Origin: Planctomycetota bacterium
Lineage (GTDB): Bacteria; Planctomycetota; Brocadiia; JAADGH01
Length of the DNA: 64,000 nt
NCBI GenBank assembly: GCA_040755855.1
Contig: JBFMAD010000005.1
Coordinates: 177,549 to 241,548 of the forward strand
Reading direction: 5' to 3'
The notes beneath the pieces were generated by a model that saw only the letters and a program-made list of their open reading frames with translations, ran no database searches and was not told where the DNA came from. Shown here one piece after another: positions 1-11,165 of this stretch. The position numbers were made by a program, and so were the translations under genes. Numbering within the stretch: position 1 is the first letter of the stretch; every line of letters begins with the position of its first letter.

Positions 1-1
1 G

Positions 2-412
2 ATGCCAAAAAGAGTGAAGTACCGCAAGGCCCAGCGAGGCCGAGTCAGAGGTAACGAAACCCGAGGGACCGCGGTCCATTTCGGCGAGTATGGACTTCAA
101 GCCCTGGAGCCCGCGTGGTTAAGCGCGCGGCAGATCGAAGCAGGGCGAGTTGCCGCGGTCCACTTTATGGGTCGCGAAGGCAAGCTCTGGATCCGAGCGT
201 TTCCCGATAAGCCCGTATCCAGCCGCCCGGCGGAGACGCGAATGGGCAAGGGAAAAGGTGAAGTGACGTCCTGGGTCATGCCGGTCAAGCCCGGGCGGGT
301 GCTGTTCGAAGTGGGGGGGGTGTCGGAAGAAACCGCCCGCCAGGCGCTCGCACGTGTGGCCCATAAGATGCCGATGAAGGTGAGATTCCTGCAGAGGAGA
401 CATACAGCGTGA
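2..412 (+). CDS. rplP: 50S ribosomal protein L16 (true start may lie just outside the window)
   Basis: [13 protein letters not shown] and RMGKGKG motifs; followed by L29 and S17. Confidence 0.97.
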   Translation: MPKRVKYRKAQRGRVRGNETRGTAVHFGEYGLQALEPAWLSARQIEAGRVAAVHFMGREGKLWIRAFPDKPVSSRPAETRMGKGKGEVTSWVMPVKPGRVLFEVGGVSEETARQALARVAHKMPMKVRFLQRRHTA

Positions 413-633
413 AAGCGCGCGAACTTCGTGTCATGTCCGTTGAGGAGCTCGAAGAAGAGCTGAAAAACAGCCGAAAAGAGCTGTACAACTTGCGCCACCA
501 GCAGACGGTGGGCCAAATGGAAAATCCGGCCCAGTTTACCAAAGCCAAACGAACCATCGCGCGCATCCTGACGCTGCTGAAAGAGCGTGCGACTGAAACC
601 GCTGCCCCGCAGCCGGCGGAGGGCGTCCGATGA
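409..633 (+). CDS. rpmC: 50S ribosomal protein L29
   Basis: MKARELR...KELYNLR...IARILT; GTGA overlap with rplP. Confidence 0.95.
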   Translation: MKARELRVMSVEELEEELKNSRKELYNLRHQQTVGQMENPAQFTKAKRTIARILTLLKERATETAAPQPAEGVR

Positions 634-1034
634 TGGAACGAGGCCGCAGAAGAAAACTGTTGGGTGTGGTGGTGAGCGACCGGATGGACAAGACGGTGGT
701 GGTGGAGGTGGGGCGCACAGTCCGTCACCCCAAGTACGAAAAGACCATGCGTCTGCGAAAAAAATATAAGGCCCATGACGAAAAGAGCGAGGCGGCGATG
801 GGCGACTTGATCGAGATCACCGAAGCCCGACCAATGAGCAAGACAAAGTGTTGGCGGGTGTCGGCCATCGTGCGCAAGGCAGGCGCCCTGATCGAGATCG
901 GCGACGAATTGGCCGAGGAAGAACGTTCGGAACCGCAGCCCCAGCCAGCCCCTGAGACCGCCCCCGCGGCCGCAGACGAGAGTGTGGATCCTAAAACGGA
1001 GGATAGCAGTGATTCAAGTCGAGACCAAACTTGA
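630..1034 (+). CDS. rpsQ: 30S ribosomal protein S17 with acidic/Pro-rich C-terminal extension
   Basis: [33 protein letters not shown]. Confidence 0.96.
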   Translation: MMERGRRRKLLGVVVSDRMDKTVVVEVGRTVRHPKYEKTMRLRKKYKAHDEKSEAAMGDLIEITEARPMSKTKCWRVSAIVRKAGALIEIGDELAEEERSEPQPQPAPETAPAAADESVDPKTEDSSDSSRDQT

Positions 1035-1377
1035 TGTGGCCGACAATACCGGCGCAAAAGTGGCCCAATGTATCAACGTCCTCGGCGGGACGCGAAGACG
1101 ATATGCAACCATCGGCGATATCATTGTCGCCTCCATCAAGAAGGCCCTTCCCAGCGGAGAGGTCAAAAAGGGAGAGGTGGTTCGCGGAGTGATCGTGCGG
1201 ACCAAAAAGAACGTGCGGCGGCAGGATGGATCGTACGTCCGGTTCGATCGTAATGCGATGGTTATAATTGACAACGACCTAAACCCGCGCGGCACGCGAA
1301 TCTTCGGGGCGGTGGCTCGGGAGCTGCGCGAAAAGAATTTCATGAAAATTATCTCTCTGGCCACCGAAGTGGTGTAG
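1009..1377 (+). CDS. rplN: 50S ribosomal protein L14
   Basis: GTG start at 1009 after GGAGG; VADNTGA, GTRIFG, KIISLA. Confidence 0.97.
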   Translation: MIQVETKLDVADNTGAKVAQCINVLGGTRRRYATIGDIIVASIKKALPSGEVKKGEVVRGVIVRTKKNVRRQDGSYVRFDRNAMVIIDNDLNPRGTRIFGAVARELREKNFMKIISLATEVV

Positions 1378-1389
1378 AGGAGTCGTGGG

Positions 1390-1776
1390 ATGCACATCCG
1401 AAGAAATGACGTAGTCGTGCTGCGAAAAGCGATCACGAGTTGCAAGGACACCAGCCGTCGCCCCCTTGGGCAGGAAGCGAAAGGCACCCGGGGGCGGGTG
1501 CTAAGGGTGCTGCGGGACAAGAACCAGGTGATCGTCGAGGGGGTAAACTACAAATACCGGCATGTGCGGCCGACGCAAAAAAATCCACAGGGGGGGCGCA
1601 TCAGCAAAGAGACGCCGGTGCATTTGTCGAACGTGATGCTCTACTGCGATAAATGTCAAAAAGGCGTCGAGGTGCGGATTGAACGGGTGCCGAAAGACGC
1701 CGCATCGGGCGCAAAAACCCATAACGTGCTTCGATACTGCCGGGTGTGTGGCGAGTTGGTCGGAATTCAAGATTAG
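1390..1776 (+). CDS. rplX: 50S ribosomal protein L24 (with CxxC...CxxC)
   Basis: KOW-like start, VIVEGVN, PQGG...E.PVHLSNV; position after rplN. Confidence 0.93.
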   Translation: MHIRRNDVVVLRKAITSCKDTSRRPLGQEAKGTRGRVLRVLRDKNQVIVEGVNYKYRHVRPTQKNPQGGRISKETPVHLSNVMLYCDKCQKGVEVRIERVPKDAASGAKTHNVLRYCRVCGELVGIQD

Positions 1777-1801
1777 CGAAGAGGCTTGTTGAGACTGAGA
1801 C

Positions 1802-2344
1802 ATGGCGCGTTTGCTCGAAAAATACAGAAATGAGATTGTTCCGAAACTTATCGAACAGTTCGGGTACAAAAACCGAATGGCCGTGCCCAAACTGCGAAAG
1901 ATCGTGGTGAACATGGGCGTCGGGAAGGCGACCGACGAGCCGAAGCGGCTCGAAGACGCCTGCAGCGCGATGGCCCAGATCACCGGCCAGAAGCCTGTGG
2001 TGACCAAGGCGAAGGAGTCGGTATCGGGCTTCAAGCTCCGCAAAGGGGCGCAGATCGGATGTAAGGTCACGCTGCGAGGAAGAAGGATGTACGAATTCCT
2101 CGATCGCCTGATCAGCGTTGCCATGCCGCGAATTCGGGACTTCCGCGGCCTGCCGCGCGAGGCATTCGACGGCGGAGGCAACTATTCCCTGGGCATCAGC
2201 GAGCAACTCGTCTTTCCCGAGATAGATCCGGATAAGTATGAGAACGGCGGCGGGTTCCAGGTGACGCTTGTGCTGGAATCGCAATCCACGGAGGAGTCCC
2301 AGGCGTTGCTGAGCATGCTCGGCATGCCGTTCCGAAGTTCTTGA
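1802..2344 (+). CDS. rplE: 50S ribosomal protein L5
   Basis: [31 protein letters not shown]. Confidence 0.97.
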   Translation: MARLLEKYRNEIVPKLIEQFGYKNRMAVPKLRKIVVNMGVGKATDEPKRLEDACSAMAQITGQKPVVTKAKESVSGFKLRKGAQIGCKVTLRGRRMYEFLDRLISVAMPRIRDFRGLPREAFDGGGNYSLGISEQLVFPEIDPDKYENGGGFQVTLVLESQSTEESQALLSMLGMPFRSS

Positions 2345-2360
2345 ATACGGATGGTGTGAT

Positions 2361-2546
2361 ATGGCCCGAAAGGCGTTGATCGAGAAGTGCAGCCGAGCGC
2401 CCAAGTTTAAGACGCGCAAATATAATCGTTGCTCGCTCTGCGGGCGACGACGCGCCTATTATCGAAAATTCAAAATCTGCCGGATCTGCTTCCGGAACCT
2501 CGCCTCCCGGGCCGAGATACCGGGTGTGCGAAAGGCAAGCTGGTAG
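2361..2546 (+). CDS. rpsN: 30S ribosomal protein S14, short zinc-binding type Z
   Basis: 61 aa; RCSLCGR...ICRICFR...PGVRKASW. Confidence 0.97.
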   Translation: MARKALIEKCSRAPKFKTRKYNRCSLCGRRRAYYRKFKICRICFRNLASRAEIPGVRKASW

Positions 2547-2585
2547 CAGGTTCGCGAGCATGGTCCAATTGCGGAGTGTTGACGA

Positions 2586-2984
2586 ATGACGATGACCGAC
2601 CCGATTGCCGACATGGTGACGCGCATGCGCAATGCGCTTCGGAACAGAACAGAGTCCGTTGACGTGCCCGCGTCAACGGTGAAACTCAGCATTCTCAAGG
2701 TCCTCAAACGAGAGGGATACATTAACGATTTCAAAGTGGTGGATATGGGTCGCGGGCAGAACGTCCGCATCTACCTGAAATACGGCCCCGACGGGCAAGA
2801 TGTGATTACCGGCATTGAGCGAGTGAGCAAACCCGGCTGCCGTATCTATAAGAGCGTCAAGGACTTGCCTCGCGTGCTCGACGGACTTGGGATCGCCGTC
2901 GTATCCACCCCCAAAGGGATGCTCAGCGACCGCGAGTGCCGCCAGAGCAAGGTCGGCGGCGAAGTAGTCTGTACGGTTTGGTGA
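2586..2984 (+). CDS. rpsH: 30S ribosomal protein S8
   Basis: TDPIADM.TRMRNA, SKPG.RIY, GGEV. Confidence 0.97.
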   Translation: MTMTDPIADMVTRMRNALRNRTESVDVPASTVKLSILKVLKREGYINDFKVVDMGRGQNVRIYLKYGPDGQDVITGIERVSKPGCRIYKSVKDLPRVLDGLGIAVVSTPKGMLSDRECRQSKVGGEVVCTVW

Positions 2985-3002
2985 GAAGGAGCGTTATAGG
3001 CG

Positions 3003-3584
3003 ATGTCACGGATCGGAAAACTCCCTGTGCCCGTTCCGAGCGGCGTGAAAGCGTCGGCCAGCGGCGGCGGGCTTACGATTGAGGGGAGCAAAGGAAAGCT
3101 CACCCAGGAACTGCCCCAGGGGATCACCGTAAAGATCGAGGAGCAGGACGTGCTCGTAGATCAAAAAATGAAACGGATGACCGTCCTCGTCTTCGAGCGG
3201 GCGAATGAAACGAGACGGCTGAAGGCCCTCCACGGCACGATCCGCGCTCATGCCGCCAACATGGTCAAGGGAGTGCTGGACGGATTCGAAAAAAAACTTC
3301 AGATCGTTGGCGTGGGCTACAGCGCCAAACTGCAGGGGAGGACGCTCGAACTGAACGTGGGGTATGCCCATTCGGTCAAGTTCGCGCTGCCCACAGGGAT
3401 CGAGATAGACATGGCCTCCCCGACGGAATTTACCGTTAAAGGGGCCAACAGGCAGCTCGTGGGCGAAGTGGCCGCAGAAATTCGGGCCGTCCAGCCGCCT
3501 GAGCCCTACAAGGGAAAGGGCATTCGTTACGCGGACGAGATCGTCCGCAGGAAAGCCGGCAAGGCGTTTGTTGCAACCCAGTAA
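3003..3584 (+). CDS. rplF: 50S ribosomal protein L6
   Basis: MSRIGKLP, GVGY, PEPYKGKGIRY. Confidence 0.97.
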   Translation: MSRIGKLPVPVPSGVKASASGGGLTIEGSKGKLTQELPQGITVKIEEQDVLVDQKMKRMTVLVFERANETRRLKALHGTIRAHAANMVKGVLDGFEKKLQIVGVGYSAKLQGRTLELNVGYAHSVKFALPTGIEIDMASPTEFTVKGANRQLVGEVAAEIRAVQPPEPYKGKGIRYADEIVRRKAGKAFVATQ

Positions 3585-3596
3585 AAAGAGTCATCA

Positions 3597-3965
3597 ATGG
3601 ATCGAATAAGGGAAAAAAGAAGACAGCTGAAAAGACGACACCTGCGCGTGCGGCGAGGGGTTTCGGGCACGGCCGAACGACCGAGGCTGAGCGTGTATCG
3701 CAGTTTGACGAACATCTACTGCCAAATTATCAACGACAGGGAGGGGCGAACCCTCCTCGCACTGTCCACACTCTCCCCGGAGCTGAAAGCCGCTATCAAG
3801 AGCGGCGGCAACATGGAAGGCGCAAAGATCCTCGGCAAGGCCCTGGGGGAGAAAGCGGTGGCCGCAGGCATCAAAAAAGTGGTGTTCGATCGAGGCGGAT
3901 ACAAGTACCATGGCCGCGTGAAGGCCCTGAGCGAAGCGGCCCGCGAGGCCGGACTCGAGTTTTAA
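3597..3965 (+). CDS. rplR: 50S ribosomal protein L18
   Basis: [26 protein letters not shown]. Confidence 0.97.
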   Translation: MDRIREKRRQLKRRHLRVRRGVSGTAERPRLSVYRSLTNIYCQIINDREGRTLLALSTLSPELKAAIKSGGNMEGAKILGKALGEKAVAAGIKKVVFDRGGYKYHGRVKALSEAAREAGLEF

Positions 3966-3977
3966 CGGAGCAATGGC

Positions 3978-4481
3978 GTGAGTGCATCGGAAGAAGCAAT
4001 CCGAGGGGAAGGCGTCCTCGAGGACAAAGTAATTGAAAAAGGCATTAACCGCTGCGCCACCGTGGTAAAAGGCGGGCGACGGTTCAGCTTCAGCGCCCTG
4101 GTGGTTGTCGGAGATCGAAGAGGCACCGTCGGCATTGGGTTTGGCAAGGCCAATGAAGTGCCCATGGCCGTCGAAAAGGCCGTAAAAGATGGCAAAAAAA
4201 ACCTGGAGCGGGTCAGCCTGAAGGGCGACACAATCCCGCACACAATCATGGGACGCTATGGTGCCGCAAGGGTGTTGTTGAAACCGGCTTCTCCGGGAAC
4301 CGGCATCATCGCGGGCGCAGCCGTCCGGGCCGTTGTCGAGCTGGCCGGCGTGAAAAACATTCTTACAAAGTCCTTCGGGAGCAACAATGCCATCAATCTC
4401 GCCAAAGCGACGCTGATTGGACTGAAGCAGCTCCGCATGAAGGATGACGTTGCCGAAATGAGAGGAGTGACGCTGGAATGA
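3978..4481 (+). CDS. rpsE: 30S ribosomal protein S5
   Basis: [25 protein letters not shown]. Confidence 0.97.
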   Translation: MSASEEAIRGEGVLEDKVIEKGINRCATVVKGGRRFSFSALVVVGDRRGTVGIGFGKANEVPMAVEKAVKDGKKNLERVSLKGDTIPHTIMGRYGAARVLLKPASPGTGIIAGAAVRAVVELAGVKNILTKSFGSNNAINLAKATLIGLKQLRMKDDVAEMRGVTLE

Positions 4482-4921
4482 ATTTAACCGATGTCAAGGC
4501 AACGCCGGCGAATAGAAAACGCAAAAAGCGCGTCGGGTGCGGGACCGGGTCCGGGCACGGAGGGACATCCACGCGCGGACACAAAGGGCAAAAGGCCCGA
4601 TCAGGTTATTCTCGTCGAGCCCTCTATGAGGGTGGGCAGATGCCGATCTCCCGGCGCATCCCCAAGCGCGGCTTCAACAACGCAGACTTTACCCGGCAGT
4701 ACGCAGTCGTGAACGTGGGCGACCTAAATGGCTTCACGGCGGGCAGCACGGTCAACCCCGATGCGATGGCGGATGCCGGCCTGTTCAAGAAACGACTTGA
4801 CGGCGTAAAAATTCTCGGCAAGGGCGAGATCAAGGTGGCGTTGACGGTCGCAGCCAACAGATTCAGCGCGAGTGCAACCCGAAAGATTCAGGAAGCCGGA
4901 GGAAATGTCCAGGAGATTTAG
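4478..4921 (+). CDS. rplO: 50S ribosomal protein L15
   Basis: [26 protein letters not shown] overlap with rpsE. Confidence 0.97.
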   Translation: MNLTDVKATPANRKRKKRVGCGTGSGHGGTSTRGHKGQKARSGYSRRALYEGGQMPISRRIPKRGFNNADFTRQYAVVNVGDLNGFTAGSTVNPDAMADAGLFKKRLDGVKILGKGEIKVALTVAANRFSASATRKIQEAGGNVQEI

Positions 4922-4924
4922 CGC

Positions 4925-6328
4925 TTGAGCACGGTCGAAGACATTTTCCGCATTCCGGATCTTCGTCGGAAGCTGATCATCACACTCTTTCTGCTGGGAC
5001 TGTGCCGGCTTGGGGTCTATGTCTCCGTGCCCGGTGTGGATGTGCCCGGGCTAATCGCAACGTATGAGAAAGCCGCCCAGGATAGCGTCGCCGGCAGGCT
5101 CCTTGGGTTGATGGACTTGTTTGCCGGAGGGGCCTTCGGCCGCTGCGCGGTCTTCGGACTGGGCGTGATGCCCTACATCAGCGCCTCCATCATATTTCAG
5201 TTGCTGACCAGCGTGGTTCCCGCTCTTGAACGCCTGCACCGAGAGGGCGAAGTTGGCCGGAAAAGGATCCATCAATACACGCGAATGGCCACTGTGGCCC
5301 TTTGCCTGGTGCAGGGGGGGATCACTGTAGCCGGTCTGCGCAGCAGCGAGTCGCTGCGGCCGTTTTTTTTCGACGCCGGAATGGGGTTCATTCTCATGGC
5401 GGCCATGTTGATGACCACCGGAACCATGCTGCTCATGTGGATCGGAGAGCAGATTGATGAATTCGGGATCGGAAACGGCATCAGCCTGATCATCATGATA
5501 GGCATCCTCGACCGGTTGCCGGTGGGAATCTGGCGCTTGGCGAGTCAGGCGACGTTCAGCCTCAACCCGGAGGTGGGGGAAGTTGGCCCGGGCAAGATTG
5601 TGGTGCTTCTTGCCATGTTCTTCGGGATCGTTCTCGGCGTGGTCTTTATCACAGAAGGCCAGCGGAGGATTCCCTTCCAACAGGCCAGCCACACCCGAGG
5701 CCGACGGGTTTATGTGGGACAGAAACATTATCTGCCCTTGCGCGTGAATCAGGCGGGGGTTATCCCGATCATTTTTGCGCAGTCGCTCCTTATGTTCCCA
5801 GCGACCATCGCGCACGGTGTCTTGTCGTGGTATCAGGCGAGCGGGGCGACGGGGGCGCTGGGCTACCGCTTTTGGCTGTTCGTTTCCGAGCAGCTTCAGG
5901 GCGGCACCTTCATGTATATCGTGTTCTACATGGTGCTTATCTTTATCTTCTGCTTCTTCTGGACCGCCGTTCAGTTTAATCCCCAGGAAATGGCCAACAA
6001 TATGAAGGAACACGGGACGTTCATCCTCGGGATTCGTCCCGGACGGCGAACCGCCGAATACTTAGAGCGCCTGATGACGCGAATAACGCTCCCCGGAGCC
6101 GCTTTCCTGGCCGTAATCGCCATCCTGCCCATGCTGCTGACGAGGGCCATGAACGTGGACTGGACGATTACGGGCTTCTACGGCGGGACAAGCCTCCTCA
6201 TCGTAGTTGGCGTCGCCCTGGATCTGGTGAAAAAGATCGAATCGCACCTTGTCATGCGCCACTACGACGGTTTCATGCGAAGGTCTCGTGGCGGGGGCGG
6301 ACACAGGAGAGGGGGGCGAAGCCTGTGA
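4925..6328 (+). CDS. secY: Preprotein translocase subunit SecY
   Basis: LGVMPYISASII, GIGNGISL, AGVIPIIFA, GIRPG, GGTSLLIVVGV; TTG start. Confidence 0.97.
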   Translation: MSTVEDIFRIPDLRRKLIITLFLLGLCRLGVYVSVPGVDVPGLIATYEKAAQDSVAGRLLGLMDLFAGGAFGRCAVFGLGVMPYISASIIFQLLTSVVPALERLHREGEVGRKRIHQYTRMATVALCLVQGGITVAGLRSSESLRPFFFDAGMGFILMAAMLMTTGTMLLMWIGEQIDEFGIGNGISLIIMIGILDRLPVGIWRLASQATFSLNPEVGEVGPGKIVVLLAMFFGIVLGVVFITEGQRRIPFQQASHTRGRRVYVGQKHYLPLRVNQAGVIPIIFAQSLLMFPATIAHGVLSWYQASGATGALGYRFWLFVSEQLQGGTFMYIVFYMVLIFIFCFFWTAVQFNPQEMANNMKEHGTFILGIRPGRRTAEYLERLMTRITLPGAAFLAVIAILPMLLTRAMNVDWTITGFYGGTSLLIVVGVALDLVKKIESHLVMRHYDGFMRRSRGGGGHRRGGRSL

Positions 6329-6975
6329 AAGCGGTATTTCTCGGTCCTCCCGGAGCAGGAAAAGGAACACAGGCCAAACTTCTGGCGAAGGAACTGGCCG
6401 TACCGCATATCTCCACAGGGGATATGCTGCGCGACGCCGTGGCAAAGAAGACGAACACAGGGCTTAAAGCGAAAAAATACATGGACGCCGGTCAGTTGGT
6501 GCCCGACGCCGTCATCATCGCCGTCGTGATGGAACGGCTCCAGGAGGCGGACTGCCGGGGAGGATTCCTGCTGGACGGTTTTCCCCGCAGCATGGAGCAG
6601 GCTAAAGCGCTCGACGCGGACAGCCATTCTCCCGATGTGGTGGTGTATTTTGACGTGGATGAAGAGACCGTTGTGGAACGCCTATCCAATCGGCGAACGT
6701 GCAGGAGTTGCGGGGCGATATACCATCTGAAGTACATGCCTTCAAAGAAAGAAGGCAAGTGTGATAAATGCGGCGGCGAACTCTTTCAACGCAGCGATGA
6801 CCAGCCGAAGGCGATCCGGGAGCGCCTTCGGATATATCGTCACGAGACGGCCGACCTGATCGGGCACTATCGGCAGGTTGGCCTGCTGAATGAAGTCCGG
6901 GCCGATGGGGAAGTCGAGGAAATCCATCAGGCTGTGCTCAAGGCCGTGGGGCGGGCTGGGGAAAGCGATTCCTGA
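6325..6975 (+). CDS. adk: Adenylate kinase (Zn-lid type)
   Basis: GPPGAGKGTQ, STGDMLR, LDGFPR, CRSC...CDKC lid. Confidence 0.97.
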   Translation: MKAVFLGPPGAGKGTQAKLLAKELAVPHISTGDMLRDAVAKKTNTGLKAKKYMDAGQLVPDAVIIAVVMERLQEADCRGGFLLDGFPRSMEQAKALDADSHSPDVVVYFDVDEETVVERLSNRRTCRSCGAIYHLKYMPSKKEGKCDKCGGELFQRSDDQPKAIRERLRIYRHETADLIGHYRQVGLLNEVRADGEVEEIHQAVLKAVGRAGESDS

Positions 6976-7745
6976 TGGCTGTACCCAAGCGCCGAAGCGA
7001 GATCAAGCGAATGCGCGCTGCGGGACGGATTGTCGCGGAGACCCTCGCTCGGATGGCGAAAGACGCTGCTGTAGGAGTAACGACAGGGGAGCTGGATAAA
7101 ATCGCGGAGGCCCTGATTCGATCTCGGGGCGGGACGCCGGTATTCAAGGGCTATTCCCCGACGCCGGCTCACGGGCCTTATCCGGCTTCGATTTGTACGT
7201 CAATCAACGAAGAGGTCGTACACGGGATTCCCGGCCCGCGGAGACTTGAGCAGGGCGATCTCCTGAGCATTGACGTAGGCGTGAGATTGGAGGGATATTG
7301 CGCCGACGCGGCGATTACGCTTGAAATCGGACAGGTGTCGCCTGCGGCGGTGCGATTGAACCGCGTGACCCGCGAAGCGCTGGAACTGGCGATTGCCGCG
7401 GTGCGAGCGAACGCGAGAGTGTCCGATGTGTCCCGCGCCATTCAGACGTATGTCGAGGGCGAGGGGTACTCGGTCGTTCGAGAGTATACGGGGCACGGGA
7501 TTGGCCGGGATCTCCACGAGAACCCGAGACTTCCGAATTATGTGAGCGCCATCGGCGCGGCGCGGGACCCGGTGTTGCGACCTGGGATTACTGTGGCCAT
7601 CGAACCGATGGTGAATGAAGGGACGTATGCGACGGAGGTCTTGTCGAACCGGTGGACGGTGGTGACGGCCGACCGCAAGCTCTCGGCACATTGGGAGCAC
7701 ACTGTGGTAGTGACCAATGGGCAGGCAGATATTCTGACGATTTAA
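6975..7745 (+). CDS. map: Type I methionyl aminopeptidase
   Basis: [34 protein letters not shown]. Confidence 0.96.
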   Translation: MAVPKRRSEIKRMRAAGRIVAETLARMAKDAAVGVTTGELDKIAEALIRSRGGTPVFKGYSPTPAHGPYPASICTSINEEVVHGIPGPRRLEQGDLLSIDVGVRLEGYCADAAITLEIGQVSPAAVRLNRVTREALELAIAAVRANARVSDVSRAIQTYVEGEGYSVVREYTGHGIGRDLHENPRLPNYVSAIGAARDPVLRPGITVAIEPMVNEGTYATEVLSNRWTVVTADRKLSAHWEHTVVVTNGQADILTI

Positions 7746-7767
7746 AGGAGTGACGAGGAAAGCGCTT

Positions 7768-7983
7768 ATGGCGAAGGAAGAGCCGATTCGCGTGGACGCA
7801 ACCGTGAAGGAATCGCTTCCCAACGCGATGTTCCGGGTGATCCTCGAGAACGGGCATGAAGTCATGGCGCACGTGTCCGGCAAGATGCGCATGAACTTTA
7901 TCCGTATTTTGCCGGGGGATAAGGTAACAATTGAAATGTCCCCTTACGATCTGTCCAAAGGCCGGATCGTGTATCGGGCGTAA
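7768..7983 (+). CDS. infA: Translation initiation factor IF-1
   Basis: MAKEE...[23 protein letters not shown]. Confidence 0.97.
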   Translation: MAKEEPIRVDATVKESLPNAMFRVILENGHEVMAHVSGKMRMNFIRILPGDKVTIEMSPYDLSKGRIVYRA

Positions 7984-7999
7984 CGAAAGGGCGACCGCG

Positions 8000-8116
8000 G
8001 TGAAAGTGCAAGCATCAGTCAAACGAATCTGTGAGAACTGCAAGATTGTGCGCAGGCGAGGGGTCGTGCGAGTCATCTGTACAAACCCTCGCCACAAACA
8101 GCGTCAGGGAAAGTAG
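8000..8116 (+). CDS. rpmJ: 50S ribosomal protein L36 (Zn type)
   Basis: GTG start; [18 protein letters not shown]...[12 protein letters not shown]. Confidence 0.96.
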   Translation: MKVQASVKRICENCKIVRRRGVVRVICTNPRHKQRQGK

Positions 8117-8129
8117 GAGGAGGCGAAAC

Positions 8130-8519
8130 ATGCCGCGTATCCTGGGCGTTGATATCCCCAATGACAAACGCATCGTGGTTGCGCTGACCTATATTTATGG
8201 CATAGGCCCCGCCAACTCGCGCGAAATTCTAAAGGCCACGGACATAGACGAAAACGTTCGCGGCCGCGACTTGACCGAGGACGAACTTAGCCGCCTTGGC
8301 AGCCATATAGAGAAAAACTACACCATTGAAGGCCAGCTCAGACGGCAGGAGGCGCAGAACATCAACCGCCTTCGGGAAATCAAATGCTATCGAGGCATGC
8401 GCCACCGACTTGGCCTGCCGGTGCGAGGGCAGCGCACAAAGACGAACGCCCGCACCCGCAAAGGCCCCCGAAAGACCGTGGCGGGCAAGAAGAGCGTCAA
8501 AGACATCACTCGCGGATAA
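8130..8519 (+). CDS. rpsM: 30S ribosomal protein S13
   Basis: [43 protein letters not shown]. Confidence 0.97.
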   Translation: MPRILGVDIPNDKRIVVALTYIYGIGPANSREILKATDIDENVRGRDLTEDELSRLGSHIEKNYTIEGQLRRQEAQNINRLREIKCYRGMRHRLGLPVRGQRTKTNARTRKGPRKTVAGKKSVKDITRG

Positions 8520-8537
8520 TCTCGCAGGTAGGAAACA

Positions 8538-8915
8538 ATGGCAAAAACAAAACGTCGGTTGCGAAGAAACGTCGTCAAGGCCATCGCACATATCAAGGCC
8601 ACATTCAACAATACGGTGATCACCATTACCGATATGAACGGCGACTCCCTCTGCTGGGACACGGCCGGGACGATCGGCTACAAGGGATCCCGCAAGAGCA
8701 CGCCCTTCGCCGCGCAGAGGGCGGCTGAGAGCGTCGCTGAAAAAGCCAAAAAATTCGGCGTGAAGGAAATTGAGATCAAAGTCAAGGGACCCGGGGCGGG
8801 CCGGGAGTCGGCCATCACGGCGCTGCAGGGCGCCGGGCTGACGGTAAGAGCCATCGAGGATGTCACCCCGCTTCCCCACAACGGCTGTCGGCCGCGCAAG
8901 AAACGCAGGGTGTAA
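8538..8915 (+). CDS. rpsK: 30S ribosomal protein S11
   Basis: [29 protein letters not shown]. Confidence 0.97.
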   Translation: MAKTKRRLRRNVVKAIAHIKATFNNTVITITDMNGDSLCWDTAGTIGYKGSRKSTPFAAQRAAESVAEKAKKFGVKEIEIKVKGPGAGRESAITALQGAGLTVRAIEDVTPLPHNGCRPRKKRRV

Positions 8916-8942
8916 GTACGAGGAGGAGAAGAAAGCAAAAAA

Positions 8943-9569
8943 ATGTCCAGAATCACCAGTCCGCAGTGCAAGTTATGCCGGCGCGAGGGAATGAAGCTCT
9001 ACCTGAAGGGCTTCCGGTGCCATACCGTCAAGTGCGCCTTTGAGCGCCGTCCGCATCCGCCCGGGATACACCACTGGCGTCGGGGAAGCCCATCCGAATA
9101 TTCGGCTCACCTGCGCGAAAAACAGAAGCTGAAACGGTTCTTCGGGATGAACGAGGGGCAATTCCGCAGGATCTTCCGCGCCGCCGAAAAGATGCCGGGC
9201 AATACGGGAGCGAACCTCCTCGCCCTGCTCGAACGGCGCCTGGACAACGCCGCCTATCTCCTCGGCTGGGGATTGTCCCGCCGGGACGCGCGCCAGCTCG
9301 TATCCCACGGGCACATTTATGTAAACGGCCGAAAGCTGGATGTTCCATCCTACTTGGTGAGGGAAGGAGACGTCATCACGCTGAAGCAATCGGAAAGAAG
9401 CAAGAACCGGTTGGCGGTAAACCTGGAGGCCAGCAAGGACGCCGAGGTCCCCAGTTGGCTGGAGGCCCAGCCGGAACCCCCGCAGGGGCGCGTGCTAAGG
9501 CTCCCAACGCCTGATGATGCAAGCTTGTTGGTCGAGGTGCAATTGGTCGTCGAGCTATGCTCGCGGTAG
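8943..9569 (+). CDS. rpsD: 30S ribosomal protein S4
   Basis: CKLCRREG, LREKQK, LERRLDN, RQLVSHGH. Confidence 0.97.
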   Translation: MSRITSPQCKLCRREGMKLYLKGFRCHTVKCAFERRPHPPGIHHWRRGSPSEYSAHLREKQKLKRFFGMNEGQFRRIFRAAEKMPGNTGANLLALLERRLDNAAYLLGWGLSRRDARQLVSHGHIYVNGRKLDVPSYLVREGDVITLKQSERSKNRLAVNLEASKDAEVPSWLEAQPEPPQGRVLRLPTPDDASLLVEVQLVVELCSR

Positions 9570-9621
9570 CAGCATGCTTGGACACGTCCATAGAAACGTC
9601 TGATCTACGGGAGGACGGTAC

Positions 9622-10620
9622 ATGCGCATAAGGTGGCGAGGTTTTGAACTGCCGACCCGCGTAATCTGTGAGGATGAAACAAAGACCGACACTTATGCGA
9701 AATTCGTCGCCGAACCTTTTGAGCGAGGCTTCGGGACTACTGTCGGTAATAGCCTCCGGAGAGCTCTGCTCTCCTCCATAGAGGGAGCGGCCGCGTTCTC
9801 GGTCCACTTCCAGGGCGTCCAGCACGAATTCAGCGCCCTGCCCGGTGTGGTAGAGGACGTCGCCGAAATAATCCTCAACATCAAAAACCTGGTTGTCAAG
9901 ATGCACACCGACGGTATAAAAACGGTCAAGATTGACAAACACGAGCCGGGAAAGGTGACCGGCGCCGACATCCTCTGCGATGCGGATGTCGAAATTGTCA
10001 ACAAGGACCAGCACATCGCGACGATCACGGAAAAAACCAATCTCGTCGGCGAAATCCAGGTCAAGAAGGGACGGGGCTACATGGCTGCCGAGGAAAACGA
10101 ACAGGGCGAGCAGGAAATCGGCGTCATCCCCATTGACTCCCACTTCTCCCCGGTGACGCGGGTGGAGTACCAAATAGAGGACAGCCGCGTCGGCCAGCGA
10201 GTCAACTACGACCGACTGGTCATGCAGGTCTGGACGAACGGCGCCATCTCGCCCGAGGACGCCATCGTCGAGGCGTCGAAGGTAATCCGGAAACATCTGA
10301 ACCCGTTTGTACAATACTATGAAATCGGCGAGCAGATGCTTCGCGAAGGAGCTGCGGCAGGCGGCCGACTGCCCCCCGCCGACCAGGCCGAGCTCACCCG
10401 CAAACTCGACATGCCGGTGACAGAGCTGGAACTCTCCGTGCGTGCATCCAATTGCCTGCAGGCGGAGAACATCAAGACGATCCGAGAGATTGTGACCCGC
10501 ACCAAAGACGATATGCTCTCCATCCGAAACTTCGGCAAGACCTCGCTCAGCGAGATCGAGAGCAAACTCGCAGAATTGGGTCTTTCCCTCGGCATGGACC
10601 TCAAGGAGGTGGAGTGCTAA
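9622..10620 (+). CDS. rpoA: RNA polymerase subunit alpha
   Basis: [35 protein letters not shown]. Confidence 0.98.
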   Translation: MRIRWRGFELPTRVICEDETKTDTYAKFVAEPFERGFGTTVGNSLRRALLSSIEGAAAFSVHFQGVQHEFSALPGVVEDVAEIILNIKNLVVKMHTDGIKTVKIDKHEPGKVTGADILCDADVEIVNKDQHIATITEKTNLVGEIQVKKGRGYMAAEENEQGEQEIGVIPIDSHFSPVTRVEYQIEDSRVGQRVNYDRLVMQVWTNGAISPEDAIVEASKVIRKHLNPFVQYYEIGEQMLREGAAAGGRLPPADQAELTRKLDMPVTELELSVRASNCLQAENIKTIREIVTRTKDDMLSIRNFGKTSLSEIESKLAELGLSLGMDLKEVEC

Positions 10621-11111
10621 TGCGCCACAAGAAACAAGGCAGGAAGCTGGGAAGGACGTCGAGCCACCGAAAGGCCCTGCGGCGAAACCTGGCCATAAGC
10701 CTATTCATCCACGAACGAATCCAAACCACGCCGGCGAAGGCCAAGGAAGCCAGGCGCCTGGCCGAGAAGATGATCACCCTGGCCAAAGACGGTTCACTCC
10801 ACAGCCGACGGCAGGCCCTTTCATTTTTGCAGGATCGCGATGTGGTTGATAAACTCTTCAACGACATCGCGCCTCGATACCAGGATCGGAAGGGAGGATA
10901 TACCCGCATCCTCCACCTCGATGACAGGCGTCTGGGGGATAACGCCCCAGAGGTCCTGTTTGAACTGGTCGGTGAAGATGAGGAAATCGGAAAGAAGCCG
11001 AAGACCGCTCCAAAAGCGGAAAAGAAAGAGCAGGCCGCGGCCTCGCAGGCCGATGAAGCAAAGCAATCCGATGCAACATCGGAGACAACAGAAGAACCCA
11101 AAAAAGAATAG
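10620..11111 (+). CDS. rplQ: 50S ribosomal protein L17 with C-terminal extension
   Basis: [31 protein letters not shown] overlap with rpoA. Confidence 0.97.
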   Translation: MRHKKQGRKLGRTSSHRKALRRNLAISLFIHERIQTTPAKAKEARRLAEKMITLAKDGSLHSRRQALSFLQDRDVVDKLFNDIAPRYQDRKGGYTRILHLDDRRLGDNAPEVLFELVGEDEEIGKKPKTAPKAEKKEQAAASQADEAKQSDATSETTEEPKKE

Positions 11112-11165
11112 CCCCAGGCTGTCCGCATGGGGCTGCTATTGGGTCCGAACAGGGTCTACCAATCC

